64,000 nt of DNA from Felis catus (taxonomy: Eukaryota), in NCBI RefSeq assembly GCF_018350175.1, contig NC_058369.1, positions 5,396,001-5,460,000 of the forward strand, in the 5' to 3' direction. Position 1 is the first letter of the stretch; every line of letters begins with the position of its first letter. The translations under genes were made by a program, and so were the position numbers. Positions 11,951 to 23,320 of the stretch are shown one piece after another. The notes under the pieces are model-generated. The model made no database searches and was not told where the DNA came from. It saw only the letters and a list, made by a program, of their open reading frames with translations.

Positions 11951-14739
11951 TTCACCATTCTACGGCGAACAATTCAGCAGCGTCTCGCACCTTTAGAGGG
12001 CTGGGCAGTCACCTAACACTCTCATCCTCCCCAGAGGAAACGCCATACCAAGTACACAGCCCCTTCCAGCTCCCCACTCCCAGCCCCCTCAGCCACCAAC
12101 TGTCTCTACGGATTTGCGTATTCTGGAAATTTCCTATAAAGGGGATCACACAACACGTGGCCGTTGGGGGCCCCATGTTTTTCTTTTCACGCGTGTTTGC
12201 CGGGACTCAGTCCAGAGGTCCTCCGAGGGGAGCTTCCCCGACCACCACCACCGCCCCCCGATCCCTGACTGCCCCCACGTCCTCGTCAGCTCACAGCCCT
12301 CAGCAGCATCTGACATAACCTGTCCGTCTACCCGTTCACCCAGAGTCTGAAAGGGCAGGGGCCAACAGGTAGGGAGGAATTCGCTTCATGCTCTCTGGAA
12401 AGTTGCGAACGAATGAACGAATAAATGAATGAATGAGTGAGTGAATGAATGAATGGATGAACCGCCCATGTAACATTGTACTGCTTCCTTGTCAAGCCTC
12501 GATTCAATTGGAGAGTACTTATCATCCACCTACTGTGTGACAGGCCCCACAAAGCATCCCACACACCAAGGGCACGGCACTGAACACAACAGAGAGGCCG
12601 TGCCTTTGTCCTCCAGGCAGGGACAGACCATCACACCTGGTGACACAGGATTTCACGGCAGTCCAAGCTGTCCCCGGGAGAATCAACTGTTCCTTTCCTA
12701 GGTTTGCTCACTCAACAAATATGCATTGAGCACCTACTATGTGTAGGGGTCAATGCGAATCATCAGAGGTGTGTTAGAGTGGGTGTTCAGGGAAAGCCTT
12801 TGCTGGGACCGTAGCGTGTGAGCCAAGACCTGAAGAAGGAAAAAGAGAGTCGCGCTTACTCAATGCGGGGAAAAGCATTGTAGCAGAGGGAAGAGCAAAT
12901 ACCAAGATCTGAGGCAGAGATCTTGGGAGAGAAAGCTGGCCGTGATGCGGGCACAGTGAGGCGGGGCAGAACACGAGGCAAGGCGCGTGCCTCTCTAAGC
13001 CTCGGTCTCCCCATCTGTCAATGAGGATAATAATAACGAAGTCTTTCGCAAAGAGCAAGTGAGACAAAATTCAAGGGACTGGCTCAAGCCAGGCGGCCAG
13101 AAAACAAGCCCTTTTGTCCTGGGCGACAGACCCCTGGGATCATGGTCATTATGGGGCAGGTGTAAGCCTCTGCCTCCTTCACACCTCCTGGCCTTGCAGG
13201 GCCGTCCTCCCCACTGTCGCCAGCCAGAGCCACCTATCTCCAGATGATTCCCAGCTCTGCTGGTTCACCTGAGCACCTCTCTCAACCTCAGCTGTCCCTG
13301 GTCCCCTCCTCGCTGACCTCCCCCACCTCAGCGGATGTTGGGCTTTCCGGTGACCCCCATACACACCTGACAGCCCGTCCCCACATGTTTGTCTCAAGTG
13401 GTTTTTAGTGGAAGGTGGCATGAACCCCCCCCCCACACACACACCCATGGAGCAGCCCTCCTGCCCACCCCTCAGATCTCAGAAAGACTCAGAAACAGGG
13501 ATGGAAGGGACACCTTGGTTCCGAGGGGAGGCGACATGTGACTGCCTGTGGGGAGATGAGCCACACTGACAATGTGGTCAGTCACCCCCTTTCTCAGACA
13601 CTGAGCCAGTTCCCCTGCACCGATGTGGTGGGTTTATTTATTTTCACTCAGCTTCACACACCACAGGATGGAGGGGTGGGGGGAGGAGGGACAGTTACAG
13701 CAGAAACACTCAGAAACTCCCCGGCACCCCCATCTCACTTACAGAAAAAGCCACGACCCACAGTTTCTGCATGACCTTCCCCATCACCTCCCTGTCCTCA
13801 CCTCCTCCCTCTCTCCCCCTCGCTCACTCTTGCCTCACCCCCACGGGCCTCCTCCCTGTTTCTCACCAGGCACAGCCCTGCCCCAGGGCCTTATCATGGA
13901 CCGCTGTCTCTTGCCTGGGCAGTGATCTTCCTCCAATACATACACGGGTCCATCAAGCCTCTGCTCAAATATCACCTTCTCAGCGAGAAAAGGGACCCCC
14001 ACCTCCCTGTTTCAATTATTGCAACACATCCACCTGCCACCCCTCCCAAGCTCCCCCATCCCGCCTCTTTTCCTACTTTTCTTGTTTATTTATCTGTCTC
14101 CCCAACTAGGCTGCCAGCACCACGGAGGCAGAAACCACATCTATTCTGTTTACTGCTCTTTCCCGCGCCTTGAACATGGTAGATGATCAATAAATATTTG
14201 CTACGTGAGTAAACTAACCTTTCAGATGAATGAATGAATGAATGAATGGTTGTTCTGGCTGAGCCGTAAGCTTAGCCCCGAAACCCCTGGTGACCAAAAC
14301 AAAACCAGAAATAGGATTAGAGTCTCCATGGGGATAAACAATCCAGTTCCCAGGGGAAAGCCCTGTGCCAAGCCATATACGGACTGCCTCTCACTTGATT
14401 TCACAAGAAGCCTTTGGAATCCCTGTTTACTGGCAAGCAAGGGAGGCCCCCTGCTATGTATGAGACCACCAAGCCAGGATGGGGTGCTGCCCAGCTCCCA
14501 AACCCATTGGCTCACCACTGCAGCATCATTTCCCTGTTAGAAGAATCACCTCAATGCTAGTAAAAAGTAAAGATCCCAAAGCCTGTCTCCTGGAAAGTCT
14601 GATTCAAGAGGTCTATAACCTAAACGAGCACCTCTAGGTGATTCTTCTGACAAGGAAGTTTGAATAATGGCACTTCACGCAACAGAATGAGAGGGACAGA
14701 AAGAGGCTGGGCTAAATGCATGTGAAATGTAAAACTTGG

Positions 14740-15270
14740 AAACATTTACAGGAACACTTAAGAGACTATCTCTATGACCTTGAGACATGAAAGGATCCAT
14801 AAACAAGACAAAAATGTACAAACCAGAAAAAAAGATGGATAAATTTGCCTACATCCCATTTTCCAACTTTTGCTGAAATAAAACACACCAGGAATAAGAT
14901 GAAAAGGCAAGCCAGATGAAAAGTCTGTGACAACAGAAACATATCTGAAATATATAAAGAGCTCTGAGAAATCAACAAGAAAAAGGTAACTATCCCGACA
15001 GAACAGGCAATTCATGGAAGAGGAAATCCAAGAGGCCAACCAGTTTTGGCAAAGATGTTTAACAGAGGAACACAGGTTAAACCATTTTACGTCCCCCCCC
15101 CCATAGGCAAAAATCAAACAGCCCATCAAAAACCAAGCGTTGGCAGAAAACAAAGCTCATTTACATGCAAGGGATTGCAAATGGGCAATGCCACTCTGCA
15201 GAACAGTTTGGCAATATCAAGGTTGACGACAAGCACCCCTAAGATCCTAGGTTCTACTCCTGGGGATACG
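14740..15270 (+). mobile_element. Old L1M fragment
   Basis: aatatataaagagctctgagaaatcaacaagaaaaag; caggcaattcatggaagaggaaatccaagaggccaa; cagtttggcaatatc. Confidence 0.65.
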
Positions 15271-15274
15271 CCAT

Positions 15275-15490
15275 CAGCAAAGTACAGCCAACAGGCCAGA
15301 TCTGACCACATCTGTTTGGGGAAATAAAGTTTTATTAGAACACAGCTACACCCACTCATTTACATATTGTCTGTGGCTGCTTCCCCGCTACCAAGAGCAC
15401 AGTAGACACAGCAGTGCAGTGGCTGTTGACTCACAAAGCCAAAAGCATTTACTCTCCAGTCCCGTAAAGAAAATCTGCCAACCTCTGCTC
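15275..15490. mobile_element. MER58-like hAT-Charlie element
   Basis: aaataaagttttattagaacacagctacacccactcatttacatattgtctgtggctgctt ... gccaacctctg. Confidence 0.7.
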
Positions 15491-15496
15491 TGAACC

Positions 15497-15660
15497 AGTG
15501 TTTCTCAAACTCTCATGTGTGCGTGAGTCTCCTGGGGAATCTCATGAAAATGCAGGTTCTGATTCGGCAGTTCTGGGAGGTGCCTGACAGTCTGCATTTC
15601 CAGAGGGCTCCCAGGTGATGCTGGGCTGCTGGTCTCTGGACCACGATTTGAGTATCCAGG
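15497..15660. mobile_element. MER5A-like hAT-Charlie element
   Basis: cagtgtttctcaaact ... aaaatgcaggttctgattc ... tctgcatttc ... ctcccaggtgatgct ... ggaccac. Confidence 0.75.
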
Positions 15661-18315
15661 ATCCAGGCAACACAGAGTTCAGCCAGGATGTGTCTGTGAA
15701 TCCTTAATAGACAAGATAGAGAAACATGGCCTCATCAGCATCTTCAACTCCTTTTATCTCTTCCCTCCCCACCCCACCCCCCGCCCCCGGGAATCACCAA
15801 CCAAGCGGGCAGAAACTCATTCCGTGGATATTGCACACACTCGCCGTGGGTCAGACATACCTGAAGCAGGAAGGGAATCTCAAGCATTTGTAGATCTCAC
15901 TAGCCTCCAAGGATGGGCAGAAGAGGAAACACAACATACAGTTGTACAGTGCCCTAAACTTTGGCCCCCAAGTTACCCTTGAGCGTGACAGACATAACCC
16001 AAGGGGCCCATGGAGACCCCAGGGGGGAGGTGGCACTAAAGTTCTTGTAGCCGCAGCTCCCTGGAGCCCCACGGAAGTCTGCCAGCTGCCCATCGGCTCA
16101 CAGAGGGCAGAGGCCACACCTGTGGTCCCAGAGCCCAGCACAGAAGCGTGATCGACATGACTCAGGTGAATGTTCTAGATGTTTGTGCAAGGTTCCCCTG
16201 GCAAACTCTTCAGTCCGGAGCACCGTTTCTCTCCTCCGGTTCCTACTGGACACATAGAGGGAGCTCAAAAATATATTTCTTGGAAAAAAATATGTATTTG
16301 ATGAAGAAATGATTCATAGTCAGTTCCAAGACTCATCATATATAAATAGCATGGGCCAAAAAAAAAAAAAAAAAAGGCGGGGGAGGGAGGGGCAGACCAG
16401 GACAAAGGGAAGGAATTTTAACGACCAAGAGGACATTTTCCCTGAGGAAAGCACTACTCTGGGGCTGGGAACATGAGAGCTTTCTAAAAAAGAAAGGAAG
16501 GGAGGGGAGGTGACATTTGTTGAACACGTGCTGCCTATAAAGTGCTAGGCACACGGTAAGTGAGATGTAATCTTCTCAAGCTATCTTCTACCGCACCAGC
16601 TACCTCCAAGCGGAGGGAGGGAAGCAGGAGGGCGGGAGGGGCTTCCGAGCAGCTCCCCCAGGGGTAAGAGCAAGGTCAGAGGTCGAAGATGTGCAAGAAG
16701 CAGGTTTTAACTCTAGAGAAGTAGGGATGAGCTTTACAGGAAGTGAGTTCTCCATCCCTGGAGGTATTCAAATAGACACTGGATGAGCAGCCATCAGGAG
16801 ACTCCGGGGGTCCCTCCTGATAGGGCAATTCTATGAATTGCTTTAGGAAGATTCTTCTCTGGGCTTTTCCAGCTGGGGCTGGAAGGTTAAAGGGGGCCTG
16901 AGTGACCCAAGGGTGGCCAGCCCCCACTCCCCTGAGTCCATAGGGCCTGGGCGAGCTGGTCCCAGATACCTCAGACACCAACCAGGTGGCCCTGCCAGGA
17001 GGAAGCACCAAGCCACCTACATCTCCCAGCAGTGGGGTGCCACACAGCCACCCCCATTCCTTCTTCCCTCTCCCTTAAGCTTTTTAAAATATCCCTCTGG
17101 TCAGTCAGGACCAGAGTTTCACTAAAGGCCTTTGTGCAGGATTAGCCACAGCTTGTGTGGTCCCTTTGCGTTGGACATTGGCTCCTGTGCACGCTCAGGC
17201 TCCACCGTCCCAGCTGTGGGCACTGGCTGGGGAGAGACAGGCTGGTGCCGCTTCCTCCAGGCAGCCCCCCTTCCTGCCTCCCCAGGACACTCTTGGGAGA
17301 TGTGAGTCTCTGAGCCAAGACCAAAGGCATTGTTGGGTGTCTCCCACCTGTCTGTGCCCAAGGGCAGTGGCTGAGCCAGCAGCACATTCCTCGGAGGGGC
17401 AGTGCTGGCCAAGCTGTGCCCAGCAGGATGGGAGGCTCGCCGGGCCCTTGTTCTCTGCTCCCACTGGAAGGCGGAGCACAGGGCAGGGGTGGGCTGACCC
17501 TGCCCAGTCCTGGCCTGGAAGCAGAACCAAGGAGGCAGCAGGTAGAGAGGGGCTGGGCAGTGACGGGCGAGTCCCCCACGCTGCCCAGTATAGGAGCAGT
17601 GCTCTCGGCTGGCACACATTTGTGACCGTGACAAACCCAGGGTGGCCAAGAAGGGCCCAGCCCCTGAGGCTTCTGGGGAGAGGGGTGGGGTGCCTGAGGC
17701 CCAATGACCCAGAGCTAGCTGGCCAAGGGCATGCAGGACTCAGAGACCGCATCCGCCTGGAGGAGGGCCCCCCCACCCAGTTCTCCCCACAGTCGAAGTT
17801 GGGGGCTTTTTATCCAACTGAGTGAGAAACTGAGGCGGGAAGGTTTCATGAGCTGTGGGGCTCCAGGGTCCCTGGGAGACCTTCCCCACAGAATGGTCCC
17901 TTCTCCTGTCCAGCTGGGAGTGTGCGTGCTCAGCGGCCATGGGCAGCCAGGGAGAGAGAAGAAATGGACTCCAACCCCCCCCCCCAATATTGCTGACGTG
18001 TTCCGGTGCTTCAAGACCCTGGCCCAAGACACAAGGGGAAGCCATCTGAACTGGGTAAGTCTGGCTCCCAAACTAGCTGCTAAGTAAGCCCCTAAGACAC
18101 AAGGCTTCAGACATCCTGAGACATTACCTCCTTCTTGAGCATGGCCCTCGGTATGTCCAACCCCAAACCCCCACCACTACCTCCGGAATCAGAATCCCAA
18201 AGCCGGGAGGGTGTCCTCACACTGGCCACTAAGCTGAGCACAGAGGGAGGGTTCAAAGATCATGAGTGGGCGGGTGAGGGGGCGGGGAAATTGTGAGAGT
18301 TAATGTGTAAGAGAA

Positions 18316-18742
18316 TGAGTGAATGAATGAATGAATGAATGGTGGATGGAAGTCAGGGAGGGGGGAGGGAGTAAGGGAAGGAAGGAAGGAAGGAAGGAAG
18401 GAAGGAAGGAAGAAGGAAGGAGGGAGGAAGGAAGGAAGGAAGGAAGGAAGGAAGGAAGGAAGGAAGGAAGGAGGGAGGAAAGTGGGAGGAGGCAGGGAGG
18501 AAGGAAGGCAAGGGAGGAAAGGAGGGAGGGAGGAAGGAAGAAAGGAAGAAAGAAAGGAAGGAGGGAGGAAGGAAGGAAGGAAGGAAGGAAGGAAGGAAGG
18601 AAGGAGGGAGGAGAGTGGGAGGAGGGAGGGAGGAGGGAAGGAAAGGAAGGAAGGAAGGAAGAAAGGAAGGAAGGAGGGAAGAGAGTGGGAGGAGGGAGGG
18701 AGGAGGGAAGGCAAGGGAGGAAGGAAGGGAGGGAGGGAAAGG
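18316..18742. repeat. (TGAA)n followed by a ~370-bp compound (GGAA/GGAG)n purine tract
   Basis: Directly visible; explains the low-complexity ORFs at 18253-19140. Confidence 0.97.
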
Positions 18743-18963
18743 GACTACCCAAAGCACATACTTTAGGAAGGATGGGAACCACATATGATCTGAGTTGCAA
18801 CCCTGTCCCCTCCTCCAGACCTGGACACTGGGAAGTGGACCCCCTCCGTGGCCTCGCCCAGTGCTGGGAGCTGAGTCAGGGGCAAGCCACTCATCTTCCC
18901 CCGCACAAACCCATGCTCAGTCCCAAAATCCCCTCGCAGGCCAGCCCTGCCCCTGGGGAGCCC

Positions 18964-19827
18964 TCAGAGGGGGCCCCGGCCATCCGCCCACCCTGGAGGC
19001 ACTCTGCCCGAGGCTTGGGACTTGATGCGCAGTTTGTGGGGCAGGGAGGGCTGACCCTCAGAGTCGTTCCCTGGGACGGGATAGGCCACCCCGGGAGGCA
19101 GCTCCATCGGGTCAGCAGAGGGTGTGAGCAACACATCTGAGGGCCCCGAAGCGTGGTAACCAGTGGGCATGGGTGACCACAGCCTCCAGAAGGGCCTGAG
19201 CTCCGGTCTGGTCCCCCCATGCCCATCCAGGAGGTGACAACTGAATAAGGCAGCTGGGAGGGCAGCCTGCAAGGCCATGTCCATTCTCTTGGGGGCAGGG
19301 GGCGCAGGGTCCTGGGGGCACCTGGGGGAGGTGGCCAGACCAGTCCACCTGTGAGCCACCAGACAGCCCCCGCATCCCGGAACCCCGGTGTCCAGGGCGC
19401 ATGGCCTCAAAAAGCAGCCACGGGAGCCAGAGAGGGAGGGGAGGGGTTCGGCCCTAGAGCAGGGGTCCCCAGTCCAGGGGGCCTCCCATAGCATGGCCTG
19501 CAGGGGCAGGGCCCGGGAGCCAGCGACGGAGGGCAGAAGGCCAAAGCGATGCCTCAGTGTCCACAGCTCAGCCCTGAGCAGAGCGTTTTCCTCCAGCAGC
19601 ACGGCTAGCCTGCCCTCGAGGGCCGCGTCATTGAGACGCCGCTTTTCCCGGGACCTCTTGGCGGCTTCGTTGTTCTTCCTCCGCTTCTCCCAGTAAACTG
19701 TGTCCTTCTTCTCTTCCGGCATGAACTCCCGCTGCCTCCGGATGGCCGGACCCCTGCCGCGCGCTCCCCGCAGGGTCTTGCTGCAACCCTGAGATACCAC
19801 TGGCAGGCTGGAGAGACCCACGTCCAT
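18964..19827 (-). CDS. NFILZ: NFIL3-like basic leucine zipper protein, 287 aa, whole CDS in one exon
   Basis: [38 protein letters not shown] is the NFIL3/E4BP4/vrille basic region, followed by a leucine zipper and C-terminal [11 protein letters not shown] at 19827 is in strong Kozak context (GCAGCCATGG). The track's start at 19851 is a non-ATG codon inside the intron. Confidence 0.95.
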   Translation of the reverse strand: MDVGLSSLPVVSQGCSKTLRGARGRGPAIRRQREFMPEEKKDTVYWEKRRKNNEAAKRSREKRRLNDAALEGRLAVLLEENALLRAELWTLRHRFGLLPSVAGSRALPLQAMLWEAPWTGDPCSRAEPLPSLSGSRGCFLRPCALDTGVPGCGGCLVAHRWTGLATSPRCPQDPAPPAPKRMDMALQAALPAALFSCHLLDGHGGTRPELRPFWRLWSPMPTGYHASGPSDVLLTPSADPMELPPGVAYPVPGNDSEGQPSLPHKLRIKSQASGRVPPGWADGRGPL

Positions 19828-19860
19828 GGCTGCCTGGGGCACCTGGAACACAAGAGAGGG
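19828..19860 (-). other. NFILZ: Splice acceptor and 15-nt 5' UTR segment of the NFILZ terminal exon (exon starts at 19842)
   Basis: Minus strand reads ccctctcttgtgttccag|GTGCCCCAGGCAGCC-ATG: polypyrimidine tract plus CAG. Confidence 0.8.
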
Positions 19861-20189
19861 GTCTTGGACAGGAGGCAGGAGGCTGACCAGGATGGCCCTC
19901 CCTCTAATTTATCCTGTGACCCCACCATCACAGACAGGTAAAGGCGCAGGTGGAGTGGGAGCGGGGAGGGTGGGGGGGTGACCCGAATGGAGGCAGAGAG
20001 GGATGTAATGGAGAGGAAGAGGAGAGGAGCTGGTGGGACCATGGGGTGTCTGGCAGAGGAGTGGGGGAGGCTTCCAGAGAGGCCGCTTGGCCGGGGAAAG
20101 CTTAGGAGCAGACCACAGTCTTCACGGAGAGCCGGAGGGGCAGGGACCGTGTCCTTAGAGGATGCAGGCTCTTTCCCCGGGGTTCTTAC

Positions 20190-20286
20190 CGCTGAGAAGT
20201 CAGCTGATAAGCCTAGAGCTCAGTCTGGTCTGAGCTCCAGGTTAAGATCCTTGGAGACCCAGAGGGAGAATGAAAGAGGGCTGAAC
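20190..20286 (-). other. NFILZ: Non-coding 5' UTR exon of NFILZ (97 nt)
   Basis: Acceptor cacattctttctttccag|GTT at 20286 and donor GCG|gtaaga at 20190. No ATG; contains a TGA in frame with the CDS after splicing, which supports 19827 as the start. Confidence 0.7.
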
Positions 20287-21441
20287 CTGGAAAGAAAGAA
20301 TGTGTGTCCATGGAGTTAAACTGAGTCAAGCTGGGTTCAGAAAATAAGCCAGTAGTCATCTGAATTGTGCCTAGGTTATGTCCCAAGACCTCCTCGATAC
20401 GTGGCCAGAATTTCGCATCTGCCCTTCCATCCACCCGCCTACCCACACATTCATAAGATGATCGATTCATCTATGCACTCACTCAACTGTCCATTTGTCC
20501 ATCCCTCTACCCACCTACTCAACCAACTATCCATTTATCCCCTCAAGCACCCACCCACCATCTGATTTGTCCATCCCTCTGCTCATTCAAACATTCCATC
20601 TATCCCCCATCCGACTACAGAACCATCTACACATCTGCCACTCACACACCCACCCATCCACCTCCCTGTCCATTCATTCACCGATAGAGTCGTTTTTTTA
20701 TAATATTGTACCTACAGGTAACAATGGAAAAAAAAATTGGACTCTATAAAAATGTTTACATTTTGTGCATCAAAAGATACCACCCGCAAAGTAAAAAGAT
20801 AACTCACAGAATGGGAGGAAATATTTGCAAATCATAGATCTGATAAGGGATTAATATCCCAGAACATACAGAGAACTCCTACAACTTAGCAACAACAACA
20901 ACAAGATAAAAATAAAAATAACCCAATTCAGAAATGGTCACAGGGCTTGAACAGACATTTCTCAAAAAAAAAGATACGCTGCTGGTCCGCAAGCACGTGA
21001 AAAGAGGCTCAACAGCGCTAATCATTAAAGGAAACTCAAATCAAAACTACAGCGAGATATCGCCTCACATCCACCCGGACGGCTACCATTAAAACAAACC
21101 AAAACAGAAAATAGCAAGTGTTGACCGGGAGGTAAAGAAATTACAACTCTCGCGAACTGTGGGCAGGAATGTAAAACGGTGCAGCCGCCGTGGAAAACGG
21201 TATGGCGTTTCCTCCAAAAAATTAAAAGTAGAACTACCCTGTGATCGAGCAACTCCACTTCTGGGCATACACCCAGAAGAATTGGAAGCAGGGTCTCAAA
21301 GAGATAGCCACACACCTATGTTCACAGCAGCAGCAGCATTCACGATGGCTAAGAAGCGGAAACAGCCCAAGTGTCCATGAACAGATGAACAGAGGAGCAA
21401 AATGTGGTCCAGCCATACAACGGAAAATGATTCAGCCTTTA

Positions 21442-21664
21442 TTTTTTTTTTAATTTTTTTTCAACGTTTATTTATTTTGGGGACAGCGTGAGACAGAGCA
21501 TGAACGGGGGAGGGGCAGAGAGAGAGGGAGACACAGAATCAGAAACAGGCTCCAGGCTCTGAGCCGTCGGCCCAGAGCCCCACGCGGGGCTCGAACTCAC
21601 AAACCGCGAGATCGTGACCTGGCTGAAGTCGGACGCTTAACCGACTGCGCCACCCAGGCGCCCC
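21442..21664 (-). mobile_element. Young SINEC_Fc-type SINE with a perfect 16-bp TSD
   Basis: AATGATTCAGCCTTTA at 21426-21441 and 21665-21680; CpGs retained. Confidence 0.95.
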
Positions 21665-22017
21665 AATGATTCAGCCTTTAAAAGGGAGGAGAGTCTAACA
21701 CCTGCTGCAACACGGATGAGCTTTGAAGGTGTGAGGCTCAGCGAAATAAGCCAGTCACAAAAAGACAAATGGTCTCCGATGCCCTCATAAGAGGTACTTA
21801 CAATAGTCAAAATTTCAAAGACAGAAAATAGCATGGTGGGTGCCGGGGGCCAAGGGGAGAGGAAAATGCAGAGTTATGCTTTAATGTTATATAAAAAGAG
21901 AGTTATCTTCTCTTTTACAAGATGAAGACAGTATGGGGATGAGTGGTGCGGGAGGTAGCACAACAGTGTGAGTGTATTTAATATTCGTGAACCATACACT
22001 TAAAAATGATTAAGACA

Positions 22018-22172
22018 GGGGCGCCTGGGTGGCTCAGTCAGGTGAGTGTCTGACTCCTGATTTCGGCTCAGGTCAGGATCCCAGGGTCGTGGGATCGAGC
22101 CCCACTGTGGGTTCCGCACTGACTGTGGAGCCTGCTTGGGATTCTCTCTCTGTCTCTGAAATTTTTTTTTAA
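22018..22172 (+). mobile_element. Can-SINE
   Basis: ggggcgcctgggtggctcagtc head, short (CT)n. Confidence 0.85.
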
Positions 22173-23107
22173 TGGTTAAAACAATAAATGTTATTTTATG
22201 TGTATTTTTAATTTTTTAATAATAATTTTTTTTTAATAATACTAATGTAACTTTAATACTAATACTAATACTAATGTAACTAATGAACGCCAGCCATCTT
22301 GCCATCCACATATCCATTCGCCGGTCCCCCTTCATCCACCTGCAACGCGGCCGTTCCCTCAACCATCCAGTAAGCATCCCTCCGTGTACCAGTCAGCCTC
22401 CCACAAATCCATTCACTCATCTGTGTGCCCAAGACACGGGGTTTCTGCCTGAGAAGTCAAAGCAGGCTCCAAGAAAGAGTGGGCATTGAGAGTTGGCATC
22501 CTTGTCCAGAGAACCCATGACTAACCTTCATGAGGGCGGGTATGTGTCTTTTTTTGTCTACAATTGTAACCCTGGTACCTAATGTTGTGCTTGTAGACTG
22601 TAAGTGGTAAATAAACATGAATGAATGAATGAATGAATGAATGAATGAATGAACAAATGAACAAACAGGTGAATCAAAACAGAACTTTGTTCACAGAAAA
22701 TATTTGGCCCTCCCTCCTGCTGAACTGCCAGCCCCAAAGCATGAAGCCAACCACATTTCCCTTTTTGCTTTGGCCACCAGGAAACTCAGTATTCAGTTTG
22801 AAGATAAGCTATAATAGCCTTCTTGATTGGGAAAGCCGTTTTCTTCTGCAGTGTTATTATTTGAATTTAGTCTTTTGCTCTGTGCTAACAGCTCTTGGCC
22901 TTAATGTCTTGGCTGCATAAGATCATTGAGATCAAAAGACAACACTCTTCAAAACTCCGACCATGTTTCTACGTCCACGTTTCCCAAAGTATGTTGTCAG
23001 GAACCCCAGTGCCGAGGGTGCACTGCCCAAAAAAAGAGAAAAAAATACAATACATTTGAGAAATACTGTATATCCTACACCCTACCTGAGAATCTTAATG
23101 ATTCTCA

Positions 23108-23320
23108 GGAGCACCTGGGTGGCTCAATCAGTTAAGCGTCCAACTTCGGCTCAGCTCATGATCTTGTGGTTCATGAGTTTGAGACCCACATTGGGCTCTG
23201 TGCTGACAGCTCAGAGCCTGGAGCCTCTTTCAGATTCTGTGTCTCCCTCTCTCTCTGCCCCTCCCCTGCTCACACTCTGTCTCTCTTTCTCTCCAAAATA
23301 GATAAACATTTAAAAGATTG
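23108..23320 (+). mobile_element. SINEC_Fc-type SINE
   Basis: Full body with gctcagagcctggagcct, (CT)n and tail. Confidence 0.9.

Larger units (their letters stand above)
20715..22240 (+). mobile_element. L1M (L1MB-like) 3' ~1.1 kb carrying two SINE insertions
   Basis: cacagaatgggaggaaatatttgcaaatcatagatctgataaggga; ttgaacagacatttctc; gaaataagccagtcacaaaaagacaaat; 3' end ttattttatgtgtatttt. Confidence 0.9.

Noticed and set aside
17122..17825. Stack of 157-222 aa ORFs on both strands
   Set aside because: GC-rich sequence with no homology signal; probably NFILZ 3' UTR or flank.
18253..19140. ORFs of 143-269 aa rich in EGRK or PSFL
   Set aside because: Translations of the (GGAA)n tract and the antisense strand of NFILZ.
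19828..19851. N-terminal extension MFQVPQAA in the ORF track
   Set aside because: Non-ATG start lying across the splice acceptor; the upstream exon has an in-frame TGA.
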